A DNA stretch of 62,869 nt, the filler included, from Limisphaerales bacterium (lineage in GTDB: Bacteria; Verrucomicrobiota; Verrucomicrobiia; Limisphaerales; SIBE01), in the NCBI GenBank assembly GCA_044225505.1. It is 4 parts of 4 records of this genome, joined end to end, with 100 filler letters (N's around TTAATTAATTAA, not from the genome) between each part and the next. Parts side by side here need not be neighbours in the genome. Positions count along the whole stretch, not along the records: positions 1 to 15,377 come from JBGAIN010000188.1; positions 15,478 to 30,458 come from JBGAIN010000190.1; 2 more parts are not named here. One strand, 5' to 3'. The notes under the pieces are model-generated. The model did not search any database and had not been told where the DNA came from. It saw nothing but the letters and a program-made list of their open reading frames with translations. Shown in pieces: positions 9,124-19,342 of this stretch (position 1 is its first letter; each line of letters opens with the position of its first letter). Made by a program: the position numbers and the translations under genes.

Positions 9124-10038
9124 TCAGTGTGGCTCGGAATGAGCCTCGGGCAGTTCTTTCCCGCGCTCATGGCTATGAGTGTCACGCTCGAAGCTGCCAA
9201 TCAAACCTGAAAAAAGCAAACCGGCGATTAAAGCCACGGACAGTTTCACTCTGTCGTGCGAGTGAAATTGCAGTTCTGGAAGCAGGTCGCTCGCGGCGAT
9301 ACAAAGAAACGTGCCGGCGGTGAATGCGAGTGCGCCGCTGAGCAACGCCTCGGGAGAGCCGACCGCTTGGTCAACCCCAAGGCGAAATGCCAAAACCCCA
9401 ATCGGGATTGCCAGCGCGAAGAGCATGTTGACCCAGTGGCGAGATCCGCGAGACCAACCTCCAGCGGCCATTAATGTGCCAATGGCCATCGCATCGAACG
9501 GTTTGTGCAGAATGACCACCATGAACGTCCCCAGACCGAGGAACAACCCCGGACTCGGAGCATGAGACTCTGCGGCCACGCTGGCTGCCAGGGCTACCCC
9601 GTCAATTAAACTGTGCAGCGTCAGACCTAACGCGGCTCCACCCCAGGAGAGCTGGCGGGCAGACTTCTGCGCCAGTGTATGGTCGTGATCATGGTCACAG
9701 TGGTGCGGTTGGCGTGCTGCCGGAACTTCCGGCGCCTCGTCGGGAACGTCGTGATGATGGAAATGGAAGAACCGCTGGATAAAAAACATGACTAGGAACC
9801 CTACCAAGAGCCAGCGGACCACCGGATCGATCGATCCCCCTTCCTGCCACGCATGAGGCAGAAGGTGCAGAATCGCAACTCCAAGCATCATTCCGGCCAC
9901 AAAGCTGATCGCCACCTGCAATCGAGTGTGGGTGAGGCGGACGTAAATCGGCAGCCAGCCACCCGCCAACGAAGCCAGCAGCGTCAATACGCAGTAGCAT
10001 GTCAAAAGCGTTGTCGGCGTGATCTGCCAGCTGGCCAT
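9124..10038 (-). CDS. ZIP family metal (zinc) transporter
   Basis: Multiple TM helices, HLLPHA, His-rich loop (HFHHH...HHCDHDHDH), LHSLIDG, LHKPFD, SDLLPE. Confidence 0.93.
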   Translation of the reverse strand: MASWQITPTTLLTCYCVLTLLASLAGGWLPIYVRLTHTRLQVAISFVAGMMLGVAILHLLPHAWQEGGSIDPVVRWLLVGFLVMFFIQRFFHFHHHDVPDEAPEVPAARQPHHCDHDHDHTLAQKSARQLSWGGAALGLTLHSLIDGVALAASVAAESHAPSPGLFLGLGTFMVVILHKPFDAMAIGTLMAAGGWSRGSRHWVNMLFALAIPIGVLAFRLGVDQAVGSPEALLSGALAFTAGTFLCIAASDLLPELQFHSHDRVKLSVALIAGLLFSGLIGSFERDTHSHERGKELPEAHSEPH

Positions 10039-10128
10039 TCTGCCGTGAGTCTAACGTCCACAGCTGCCTTGTCAGTATTCATTTGCCATCGTGAGCAACT
10101 TGCTATCGAAATGGTCTAAGAGAACGGC

Positions 10129-11490
10129 ATGCTGGAATACCAAAGTTCCCAAATGGCCCACAGGCGCAACAGCCGGAGCTCAGTACGCGACGGGCTTTTC
10201 AACCTACTGCTCGCCGCCATCGTTTGTGCGTTCGTCGGGTGCCGTCGAAACTCTGACGAGGAACCGACACCGCAAGCCCCCGCTCGAGCAGCCTTGATCG
10301 AGCCAAAAGCCCCATCCGTTGCCCCGCCCGCCGCCGATCCCCAGATCGTCACGCCTCCCCTGGAGAAGCCGGAGGCGAGTCCTGGCCTGAGCAAAATCCC
10401 GGTCTATGAACTCCGCATTCAACCGAAGGACCTTACCGCCATGGAACGGAGCGCATTTTCAAATCAGACCGTGCCCGGGACTTTTGCATTCGAGGGCGCG
10501 AGTTACGACGGTGTGCAGGTTCGATATCGCGGCGCTTGGGCGCGCAGCTGGCCGAAGAAGCCTCTCAAGATCTTTTTCGACAAGGCAAAGCTTTTTGAGG
10601 GCCAGCGCTGTATCAATTTGAACTCGGCCTGGCATGACCCGGCCTTTGTACGCGAGTTCCTGGCTTATCATGTCTACCAGATATGTGGGTGCCCAGCCCC
10701 GCGCTCACGAATGGTTCGGCTCGACGTGAACGGGCAATTCCGAGGCCTGTATGTGCAAGTGGAGCAGCCCGATAAGAATTTCACCAAAGAGCTCCAGCTA
10801 AAGGGCGCGACGGTTTACAAAGCCAACTCTCGGGCAAACCAATCGGACGAGCGAGATCTCGGAAGTGAGCAGATGTATCGTCAACATTACGAAAAACAGA
10901 CGAAGAAGTCCGAAGACTACGCGGATCTCCAAGAGTTCTGCCGGAGCCTGGCTCAAAGCAAAGACCCGATGGAATTCTTCAACCAACGAGTGGATGTCGA
11001 ACGTTACGTCAACTATCTTGCCGCTACGGTTCTGGTCCAGAACTGGGATGGATTCAACAAGAACCATTACCTCATCCACGACTCAGCAGGCACAGGCAAG
11101 TGGATCGTCGTTCCATGGGATCTGGATCGAACATTCGGCGACCATTGGAGATGGTCTTTCGAGGAGGCGCGCTTGACGCCACTGCTCGGGACCCGGCAAT
11201 ACCCAGGCGTGACAGGCTGGAATCGCCTGCAGGAGAAGTTCTTTAGTAACCCAACTTTACGAGCGCGGTTTTCCGACCGGCTTCTGGAACTACTGCGAAC
11301 GGAGTTTACTGAGGAACGACTCTACCCGGTTCTAGATCAAATCGAAGCGGCGATATCGCCGGACGCTGAGCGGGATCGACAACGGTGGCCTGGTGGCGAC
11401 CCGGACTTTCATTCCGGCATTGAACAAGTCAAACGCTACATCAAGGAGCGACGGGAGTATCTGCTAGCCGAGGCCAAACGGCTGCGTTAG
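10129..11490 (+). CDS. CotH kinase family protein, probable lipoprotein
   Basis: VRYRGAWAR..PKKPLKI, DPAFVRE, NWDGFNKNHY, PWDLDRTFG; lipobox-like AFVGC followed by Pro-rich linker; start uncertain. Confidence 0.88.
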   Translation: MLEYQSSQMAHRRNSRSSVRDGLFNLLLAAIVCAFVGCRRNSDEEPTPQAPARAALIEPKAPSVAPPAADPQIVTPPLEKPEASPGLSKIPVYELRIQPKDLTAMERSAFSNQTVPGTFAFEGASYDGVQVRYRGAWARSWPKKPLKIFFDKAKLFEGQRCINLNSAWHDPAFVREFLAYHVYQICGCPAPRSRMVRLDVNGQFRGLYVQVEQPDKNFTKELQLKGATVYKANSRANQSDERDLGSEQMYRQHYEKQTKKSEDYADLQEFCRSLAQSKDPMEFFNQRVDVERYVNYLAATVLVQNWDGFNKNHYLIHDSAGTGKWIVVPWDLDRTFGDHWRWSFEEARLTPLLGTRQYPGVTGWNRLQEKFFSNPTLRARFSDRLLELLRTEFTEERLYPVLDQIEAAISPDAERDRQRWPGGDPDFHSGIEQVKRYIKERREYLLAEAKRLR

Positions 11491-11561
11491 GTCGGCGGGA
11501 CTTCGTTTAGAACCCTCCAGGCAAATTGTTTAAAGCTGCTTTGAGGCAGAAGGAATCGAAC

Positions 11562-12686
11562 TCAAAGTTGGGCGAACTGAGGCTGGGCCTTCAAGGCCGA
11601 TACTTTAAACGTTAGATGCACAGTCGTCTGCTGTTCTGGCACACTTTCGATACTGAAAGATCCGCCGTGGAGTTCCGTTAACCGTTTGGCAATGATCAAC
11701 CCGAGTCCAGACCCTTGCTGTTCGTAAAACTTGCGCTCAAATTGCATATGAGCTCCGATCCGTGCGATCTGCTCTGGCGTCATTCCTCGCCCATGATCGG
11801 TGACGGACAAGGTAAAGTTCCGGTCGGTAACAAACGTTGCGAGTGTAACGGCGTCGCCGGGACGCGAGAACTTGAAGGCGTTGTCCAGCAGTTCCCCAAC
11901 GGCTTTCTGAAGCTTGTCCGGGGCAATTGGCAGCGCCGCATCTTCAAGCTGCACCGAAAGGTCTTCTTCTCGTCCGGCCTTTCGCGCAATTCGCTGCGCT
12001 ACTTCCAGAATGCTCTCCTTGGATAACGGAAACTCACCCGTCTGCAAGCTGGCAACTTTGCCCATATCGGCAGCGACTAATTCGATCTGCGAGTAAAGGA
12101 GAAAGTTTTCAATGATTCGCTGCAATCGGAGAGCCGATTCGTGGAGACTAGTTGCCAACTCGAAGAGTTCCGGCGGACTGATCCGGTCGTAATTCTCCTC
12201 AAGAAGCGACGAGAAGCCCAAAATGCCGGTCAGGGGCGTTAGAAGCTCGTGGGGCAAGGCCAAGCTGATATTTCCACGAAGCTCTTCCAGCTTCTTCTCC
12301 GCCTGTTTCGTCACGGCTGCCTGCTTATCGAGGCGAGCTTTTACAGCGGCGAGCAGTTCCGAAATCGAAAATGGCTTAGTTAAATAGTCATCCGCCCCGA
12401 GCTCCATGCCTTGGCGGATATTGGTCTTCTCAGTCGCACCGGTGAGAAAAATGAACGGGATTGTGGCAGTGCTGCTGTTTTGACGTAAGGCAGTCAAGGT
12501 GGCATACCCGTCGAGCTGCGGCATGTTGACGTCGCAGAGAATCAGATCAGGCAAATGGCGCTGCGCCAACTCGACGCCCGCTAGGCCGTCGTCAGCGACA
12601 AACACATCATAACCATTCACTTGCAGCGTCTCGCCGACTAATTGGCTAACGTCCGGCGAGTCGTCAATGACAAGCACCTTCGTCAT
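11562..12686 (-). CDS. Hybrid response regulator / histidine kinase (REC-HisKA-HATPase, no sensor domain)
   Basis: KVLVIDD, LILCDVNMP, DDYLTKPF, H-box PHELLTPL, N-box ELLDNAFKFS, DHGRGM, GSGLGL; alternative start 12731. Confidence 0.93.
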   Translation of the reverse strand: MTKVLVIDDSPDVSQLVGETLQVNGYDVFVADDGLAGVELAQRHLPDLILCDVNMPQLDGYATLTALRQNSSTATIPFIFLTGATEKTNIRQGMELGADDYLTKPFSISELLAAVKARLDKQAAVTKQAEKKLEELRGNISLALPHELLTPLTGILGFSSLLEENYDRISPPELFELATSLHESALRLQRIIENFLLYSQIELVAADMGKVASLQTGEFPLSKESILEVAQRIARKAGREEDLSVQLEDAALPIAPDKLQKAVGELLDNAFKFSRPGDAVTLATFVTDRNFTLSVTDHGRGMTPEQIARIGAHMQFERKFYEQQGSGLGLIIAKRLTELHGGSFSIESVPEQQTTVHLTFKVSALKAQPQFAQL

Positions 12687-12835
12687 GGCATCCTTCGAAT
12701 CGAGCTGCTGTGCAGCAAGTCCAGTGCTCATCTACGAGGAACATGAAAAGTTCATCGCAGAAAACCCCAGAACTGGTAATGGTGAACATCCGCCAATTTC
12801 CAACCGCCCGGCCTAGTCCCTACCTAGACCGCCGC

Positions 12836-14194
12836 TTACTTCGTTTTTGACTCATCGCCCGAGGTCAACTCCTTTGAAATCTGTTGTAACCGCTTAGCCG
12901 ACAATATCATCGATCTGCCAGCGTGGTAACCGCCCTGCCACGGCCCAGTCCTCTGTCCGTCCGCCGTCCGGGACCCATCCGCATTCAAAGTCGCCCACCA
13001 ACTCCCTTCGTTTGCTACCTGATGCTGTTCAACAAAATCCAGCGTTTTTGAAAAAGCCTCGTAATACGCCGAATCGCCCGTGAGCCTAAACATGTCGAGC
13101 ATTGAGACAAGTGCTTCTGCTTGGACCCACCAAACCTTCTTCGTATCGTCGGCCGGCTTGCTCAGGGGTCCCGACGAGTAGAATCCCCCGCGCTCTTTAT
13201 CGAAACCAAACTCTAAACTGGACTGGCAGAGCGCATCAGCCCAACTCCTGTAAAGCGCGGTCGGCTGGCCAAGCGCAAGGACCGCATCTAACGTCAACCA
13301 TGCGCATTCCACGTCGTGACCGTAACTCGCGCGGAGGTTTCGGGTCTCTGGAACGACATGCCAATCACTCCGGTAAGCGTCGACATTGCTCTCGGCGCGG
13401 GGAAATCGCACGGTGCTTGTGTTGACGACCACCAGTTCCTGCAACCGTTTAGCAACTTGCGGGTCTGGCCATGCTCGATAAAGCTCCGCAAATGACTCCA
13501 GCAAGTGCAAGTGAGTATTATAGGTCTTGTGTCCGATCGCCCCCACATAACCTCGCTCGGCCACATCGGTGATCGGCTTCCAGTCTGGATAGAAGAACTC
13601 CACATAGCCTCCATTCGACCGGTCATACGCCTTCTCTTCCAGGACGCGAAACAGCTTCTTGGCTGCTTCGAGCGCCGCAGGATCTTGGCTGGCTCGGTAA
13701 TAAGCAACCAATCCATAGAGTGCAAAAGAGTTGAGGTAGACGTGCTTTCTTGTATCTCGGGGAGCGCCCTCATCGGTCACCTTCGAATAATACCCTCCAT
13801 CGAGGGAATCGCGCATTTTCTCCTGCAAGAACGTATATCCCGCCCGGGCGGCCGCGAGGGTTTTGTCGCGTTCGACTCCGTCCAAAGCTAAGGTGCTAAA
13901 AAACCACAACTGCCGAGCTTGCAAGGTAAGAAATCGCTCCCCGGTATTGGTAAACCGGCCGTCCCGTAACGACTCAAAATAGCCTCCATTCGTGGGATCA
14001 ACGCACCCTGGCAGGTAAAACTCCACCAGACTCTTTTGCAAAATCTTGCGGCACCTCTCGGCCTGCGCTCGGCACTGTTCTGGAGATGGTTGGCGCACCG
14101 CGTCTGCCCCCTTCACAGCATAGGTGAGCAAACTCAAGAATGCGGCAAGCGAAAAGGCGACCGCCGACTTTGCACCTGGGCGGAACCAGCTCAT
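12836..14194 (-). CDS. AGE family epimerase (cellobiose 2-epimerase-like) with probable signal peptide
   Basis: QARQLWFFS, KTYNTHLHLLE, SYGHDVE, KVWWVQAE, YHAGR; hydrophobic N-terminus. Confidence 0.88.
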   Translation of the reverse strand: MSWFRPGAKSAVAFSLAAFLSLLTYAVKGADAVRQPSPEQCRAQAERCRKILQKSLVEFYLPGCVDPTNGGYFESLRDGRFTNTGERFLTLQARQLWFFSTLALDGVERDKTLAAARAGYTFLQEKMRDSLDGGYYSKVTDEGAPRDTRKHVYLNSFALYGLVAYYRASQDPAALEAAKKLFRVLEEKAYDRSNGGYVEFFYPDWKPITDVAERGYVGAIGHKTYNTHLHLLESFAELYRAWPDPQVAKRLQELVVVNTSTVRFPRAESNVDAYRSDWHVVPETRNLRASYGHDVECAWLTLDAVLALGQPTALYRSWADALCQSSLEFGFDKERGGFYSSGPLSKPADDTKKVWWVQAEALVSMLDMFRLTGDSAYYEAFSKTLDFVEQHQVANEGSWWATLNADGSRTADGQRTGPWQGGYHAGRSMILSAKRLQQISKELTSGDESKTK

Positions 14195-14564
14195 GAGTTG
14201 ATTCACGTCCGAAATGACTCCACGGAAATCTCTTTCGGTCAAGCGCGATTCTGAGGTGGCAACCGTTGCTTGGAGCTAGAGACTGATTCACCCGACGCCG
14301 TCGCGTTGGCGTTGGCCGACAAGCTGGCAGCCTGGGTGCCGCTGCTTGAGCGCGCGCTGCAAAAGCGGTACGACGCTTGGGATCAGTTAATCCCACGACC
14401 CCCCTTGGGGAGGCTTCCAGCTCTGTTCGGTAACTGGACGTGGACGGACCGTTCAACCCGCGAACAACCTCATTCCAGATTGTAAGTCCTTGCGCCATTA
14501 ACGAGTTACCTAAACCTTGAGGATCCCGAGCAGTTGTGTGTACGGATTCTGCTAAGGACCCCTC

Positions 14565-15377
14565 GTGTATTTGGATTACTATGGCCTGACCGAGGCGCCA
14601 TTTGATATTACTCCGAATCCGCGCTTTTTGTTTTTTAGTCCGAAGCACCGTGAAGCATTCAATCACTTGCTCTACGGAATTCGGGAACGGAAGGGTTTTG
14701 TCCAGCTGACTGGAGACGTCGGCGCAGGCAAAACGACCGTGTGCCGCGCGATGATGGATCAATTGGGCGAACGTTATGCCACCGCTCTGATCCTCAATCC
14801 GATCCTGGACTCGAATCAACTCGTTAAAGCGATCGCGATGGAATTCGGTGTTGACGTTTCAGGTCTGGACCGACTGGAAAGTGTGGCCGCCCTCAACGCC
14901 TTTTTACTGCGACAGGTCGAAGATCAAAAGGAGACGGTGTTGATCATCGACGAGGCCCAGAACCTTACCAACGACCTTCTCGAGCAGATTCGCTTGCTCT
15001 CGAATCTCGAGACTGACGATCGAAAGCTCCTGCAGATCGTACTTATGGGGCAGCCGGAGTTAAGGGATCGTCTCAACGACTTCAATTTACGGCAACTTCG
15101 TCAACGCATCACCGTCCGATACCACCTACGACCTCTGACACGTGCGGAAGTCGGTCAGTATGTGCACCACCGGCTCCAGGTCTCTGGGGCTAAAGGTAGC
15201 CCTTACTTTACGAACGCTGCGCTTTGGCGAATCCATCACTACTCTTCGGGGATTCCCCGGATCGTCAATGCCTTGTGCGACAAGTGCCTGCTCGCCGGGT
15301 TTGTGCAAACGCGGGACAACATTGATTTTCGGATGGTCGGCAAGGCTATTCGGGAATTGGAGGGGAATTTCGATCAA
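14565..15377 (+). CDS. ExeA/GspA family AAA ATPase (runs into the spacer, stop not seen)
   Basis: MYLDYYGLTEAPFDITPNPRF, Walker A GDVGAGKTT, IIDEAQ, GQPEL, SSGIPRIVN; GTG start. Confidence 0.93.
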
Positions 15378-15477
15378 NNNNNNNNNNNNNNNNNNNNNNN
15401 NNNNNNNNNNNNNNNNNNNNNTTAATTAATTAANNNNNNNNNNNNNNNNNNNNNNNNNNNNNNNNNNNNNNNNNNNN
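15378..15477. other. Artificial contig spacer
   Basis: 100 nt of N with central TTAATTAATTAA (stops in all six frames). Confidence 0.98.
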
Positions 15478-15478
15478 T

Positions 15479-16546
15479 GATCTCTTCCGCCCTATCCTCG
15501 CGGTCGGATCGGAAGGCACGGGCAACCTGGGAGCGGCCGCGGCGTGGCGCTCCCTTGTTTCATCAGAAACTCCCGTTCTGTTGCCCGTGCTCCAGGCGAT
15601 GGATAGCGCAAATGATCTTGCCTTGAATTGGCTGCGCTCTGCCGCCGAAACCATCGTCGACCGCGATTTAAAAGCACAGCGTCCGCTTCCACTCGCTGAA
15701 TTACGGCAGTTCCTCGAGGATACAAAACATCATCCCCGAGCGCGTCGGCTCGCGTTTGAAATGCTGGCGCGGTCCAACCCAGCTGGCGCCGCGGCTCTGG
15801 TCGCTGGCATGGTCAACGATCCAAGTCCCGAACTGCGGCGGGACGCGGTGCAAAAACTTATCGACGAGGCACACCGTCAGAAAGCCACTAGCAACGCGGT
15901 AGAGGCCACCTCACTTTTCAGACAATCGCTGGGATTCGCCCGCGACGTCGATCAAATCGACACAATCACAACCCAGCTCCGAGCCCTTGGCCAAACGGTA
16001 GATCTGCCTCGAGTGTTCGGGTTTCTGATGCGGTGGAAGGCAATCGGGCCGTTTGACAATAGCGGTGGAAAAGGGTTTGAGACCGCCTTTCCGCCCGAGG
16101 AGCAGATCGAGCTGAACGCGACCTACCGTGGAAAAACGAATTCAGTTCAATGGGTGGACTTTGAGACCCTCGATGAACGGGGTGTCGTCAGTATGAATAA
16201 ACCGTTCGGCTCGCTCAAAGGAGTTGCCGCGTACGCTTTAGCGGAGTTCTTCTCGGACGAAACGCGGCCCGTCGAACTGCGGCTTGGCTCCGAGAACGCG
16301 TGGAAGCTCTGGTGTAACGGGAAGTACGTTTTTGGGCAGAATGAATATCATCAGAACAAAGCCATGGATCAGTTCATCATGCCGGTTCAACTGGAAAAGG
16401 GCCGTAACCTCATTCTGGTGAAAGTCTGTCAAAACGAGCAAACGGAAGACTGGGCTGGCGATTGGGATTTTCAGCTTCGAGTTTGCGACGCGGTCGGAAC
16501 GCCGGTCTATTCCGTTCTGGCCGCGGGCGAAGGGAGGGCACCATGA
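15479..16546 (+). CDS. Hypothetical protein with HEAT-like N-terminal region and beta-sandwich C-terminal region (5' truncated)
   Basis: Frame open from the spacer (DLFRPILAVGSEGTGN...); DPSPELRRDAV; WKAIGPFDN, LEKGRNLILVKVCQ; stop overlaps next ATG. Confidence 0.8.
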   Translation, partial: DLFRPILAVGSEGTGNLGAAAAWRSLVSSETPVLLPVLQAMDSANDLALNWLRSAAETIVDRDLKAQRPLPLAELRQFLEDTKHHPRARRLAFEMLARSNPAGAAALVAGMVNDPSPELRRDAVQKLIDEAHRQKATSNAVEATSLFRQSLGFARDVDQIDTITTQLRALGQTVDLPRVFGFLMRWKAIGPFDNSGGKGFETAFPPEEQIELNATYRGKTNSVQWVDFETLDERGVVSMNKPFGSLKGVAAYALAEFFSDETRPVELRLGSENAWKLWCNGKYVFGQNEYHQNKAMDQFIMPVQLEKGRNLILVKVCQNEQTEDWAGDWDFQLRVCDAVGTPVYSVLAAGEGRAP

Positions 16547-17745
16547 ACCGGTATTTGAGCTTGGCCATTGTTTTGGCCGCATGCACAGCGAACGCGGAAG
16601 ATTGGCGCCAGTTTCGTGGACCTCGGGGTTCCAGCGTTTCTCAAGAGACGAACGTGCCATCCTCGCTCCACCCAGAACGGCACGTCGCTTGGAAGACAAC
16701 ACTCCCTGGACGTGGGCTTTCCAGCCCGATTATCGTTGGAGACCGGATCTTCATCACTGCGTGTAGCGGTGCGAGGCAGGAGCGGTTGCATGTCCTTTGT
16801 TTTAACGCCGCCGACGGATCAAAGCGGTGGGAACGCCAATTTTGGGCGACAGGTCGCACGACATGTCATGAAAAGATCAGCGTGGCCACCCCAACTCCGG
16901 TCAGCGACGGAACGCGCATCTTCGCGTTGTTCTCGTCCAATGACTTGGTCTGCCTGGACCTCGACGGTCAATTGCTCTGGCTGCGGGGACTCATGCGGGA
17001 TTATCCCAACGCCAGCAACAATCTCGGCCTTTCCTCATCCCCAGTCTGTGAGGACGGGGTCTTGGTCGTGCAAGCGGAATCCACCGGGGGCGCCTTCGCC
17101 GCGGGCGTTGATACGGGCTCCGGAACAAATCGTTGGAGAATTGACCGTCCCACCCGAGCAAATTGGACTTCTCCGATGGTAACCCGGGCTGCCAATGGCC
17201 AATCGATCGTGCTTTTGCAGTCGTCGAGCGGTCTGGATGCGATCGATCTGCTTCACGGAACGAAAATCTGGTCGTACTCATCAGGACTGGACGCAGTGGC
17301 GTCGAGTGCGTGGCGCGGCTCGACCCTATTTGTGCCCGCCAAAGGGATTACGGCGCTCGATTTGACCTCCGCGACAAATCCGCCCGTGACGTTGTGGCGG
17401 TCTCCCCTCCTTCGTCCCTCCACCGCTAGTCCCGTGATCCTGGGCGAAAAGGTTTTCACGCTCAACGATGCGGGCGTCCTGACCTGCGGCGAGACTTCCG
17501 CGGGCAAGCGACTATGGCAACTCCGAATGAAAGGACCTTTCAGCGCGACGCCCGTCGGGGTGGGTCGATACCTTTATGTGGTGAACGAGACTGGGATCGT
17601 CCAAGTCGTCGATGCCGAAGCTCCGGAAGGACAAATCGTCAGCGAGTTGAACCTTGGGGAAACAATCCTAAGCACGCCGTCCGTCAGTTCAGGAGCCATC
17701 TATTTCCGAAGTGATGCTACGCTTTGGAAGATTGCCGAATCGTAA
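16543..17745 (+). CDS. PQQ-binding-like beta-propeller repeat protein, secreted
   Basis: Signal peptide then EDWRQFRGP, LPGRGLSSPII, repeated G..W blades; ATGA overlap with upstream gene. Confidence 0.9.
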   Translation: MNRYLSLAIVLAACTANAEDWRQFRGPRGSSVSQETNVPSSLHPERHVAWKTTLPGRGLSSPIIVGDRIFITACSGARQERLHVLCFNAADGSKRWERQFWATGRTTCHEKISVATPTPVSDGTRIFALFSSNDLVCLDLDGQLLWLRGLMRDYPNASNNLGLSSSPVCEDGVLVVQAESTGGAFAAGVDTGSGTNRWRIDRPTRANWTSPMVTRAANGQSIVLLQSSSGLDAIDLLHGTKIWSYSSGLDAVASSAWRGSTLFVPAKGITALDLTSATNPPVTLWRSPLLRPSTASPVILGEKVFTLNDAGVLTCGETSAGKRLWQLRMKGPFSATPVGVGRYLYVVNETGIVQVVDAEAPEGQIVSELNLGETILSTPSVSSGAIYFRSDATLWKIAES

Positions 17746-17908
17746 CCCTCCACTGTTCGACGGAGTCTGCTGCGCAGCGAGCGCGTGGCCATGGAACGCC
17801 GCGAAAAGTGGGAGCGTTTGCGAGAGTTCGCCGCCACCTTCATCACGCCCCTGTCTCCTCCTCCCGAAATGCAGTGGAATTTTTGGCCGTCGCTCACTAC
17901 ACTATGGT

Positions 17909-19300
17909 ATGCCAGAGAAGAGTGTTACGGAAATTCCGCGCCCGCTTCGGGAGCTGTATGAAAAAGGGACCGCTGCCATTCAGCGGAAGAACTGGGATTA
18001 CGGGATCGCGATTTTCTCGCAAGTGTTGCAAAAAGAGCCGGCGTTTTACGACTGCCGGAAGGCGTTACGGGCGTGTCAGTTCCAAAAAGCAGGAGCAAGC
18101 ACCGGGTTCTTGAAACGGTTTCTGGGAAGTGCCAGTAACTCCCCCCTGCTGGCCAAGGCGCAAATCACGATGCGTAACAACCCAATCGAAGCGCTCAATA
18201 TTGTCGAGCAGGTTTTGAATGGGGATCCAAACAGCACCTCTGCTCATAAACTCCTTGCGGAAGCTGCTTTGGACGCCGATATGCCGCTGACCGCGGTGCT
18301 TTCTTTGGAAATCGCGCACAAACAGGCGCCTAACGACAAGGAAATCTCGATCCGGCTAGGCCAGGCGCTGATGAACGCGGGACAAATCCCCAAGGCCGAG
18401 AACATCTATCGCGAACTGGAACGGGCCTACCCGAACGATCAAGCGATCATCCAAGCTCTCAAGAACGTCGTGGCTCGCCGAACCATGGTCGAAGGTGGTT
18501 ATGACACACTCTCTTCTGGTGAAGGATCCTATCGCGACATCCTCAAGGATAAAGCCGAAGCTGTATCTCTCGAGCAACAGAACCGCGAGGTTAAAGCCGG
18601 GGACGTCGCCGATCGCCTTATTCAAGAGTACGAAGCCCGTGCCGTTAACGAGCCCCAAAATCTAAAGTTGCTTCGGTCCATTGCCGAACTCTATACCCAA
18701 AAGGGCGAATACGACCGCGCGCTGGATTATTATAACCGAATCCTGCAAGCGGGCGATGGCGACACGGCCATTCACCGGGCTATCGCCGCGATCACCGCCA
18801 AGAAGTTCGACCGCGCCCTGGCGCAACTCGATCCGACGGCGCCGGGCCATGCGGATGAGAAAGCCAAAATCGAAGCGGAGAAACTCGCTTATCAGATTAG
18901 TGCGGCCAAACAGCAGGTCGACCGTTATCCCACCGACTTGGAACTTCGGTTCCAGCTGGGAGAGTTCTATTTCCGTGCAGGCAAGATCAGCGAAGCGATT
19001 CAAGAGTTCCAACGCGCCCAGTCCAACCCCCACATCCGCATCTCGGCGCTGAACTATCTCGGGCAATGTTTTGATCGACGAGGCATGAACGACCTGGCTG
19101 CACGCACGTTCCAAAATGCGATCAAGGAGAAAGTTGGCGTCGATGAAGAGAGGAAAGAACTCGTGTATTTGCTCGGTTGTGTTTTAGAAAAGATGGGCAA
19201 GAAGGAAGAAGCCATCGAACAGTTCAAACAGATTTACGAAATCGATATCGGCTACCGCGATGTCGCGGCTAAGGTCGACGCTTACTACGCCGGGAAATAA
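17909..19300 (+). CDS. Tetratricopeptide repeat protein
   Basis: Repeated TPR helices (e.g. LGEFYFRAGKISEAIQEFQRA, LGCVLEKMGKKEEAIEQFKQIY); start moved to ATG 17909. Confidence 0.9.
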   Translation: MPEKSVTEIPRPLRELYEKGTAAIQRKNWDYGIAIFSQVLQKEPAFYDCRKALRACQFQKAGASTGFLKRFLGSASNSPLLAKAQITMRNNPIEALNIVEQVLNGDPNSTSAHKLLAEAALDADMPLTAVLSLEIAHKQAPNDKEISIRLGQALMNAGQIPKAENIYRELERAYPNDQAIIQALKNVVARRTMVEGGYDTLSSGEGSYRDILKDKAEAVSLEQQNREVKAGDVADRLIQEYEARAVNEPQNLKLLRSIAELYTQKGEYDRALDYYNRILQAGDGDTAIHRAIAAITAKKFDRALAQLDPTAPGHADEKAKIEAEKLAYQISAAKQQVDRYPTDLELRFQLGEFYFRAGKISEAIQEFQRAQSNPHIRISALNYLGQCFDRRGMNDLAARTFQNAIKEKVGVDEERKELVYLLGCVLEKMGKKEEAIEQFKQIYEIDIGYRDVAAKVDAYYAGK

Positions 19301-19342
19301 TTCGTCAGAAAGCGATTTGCTCTTCTGACATGGAGACCAGTT

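Noticed and set aside
14270..14485. 71-aa TTG-start ORF with a helical-looking N-half
   Set aside because: No recognisable family or ribosome binding site; could be a remnant but unsupported
15422..15433. TTAATTAATTAA recurring three times as a biological repeat
   Set aside because: Always centred in N runs; synthetic linker
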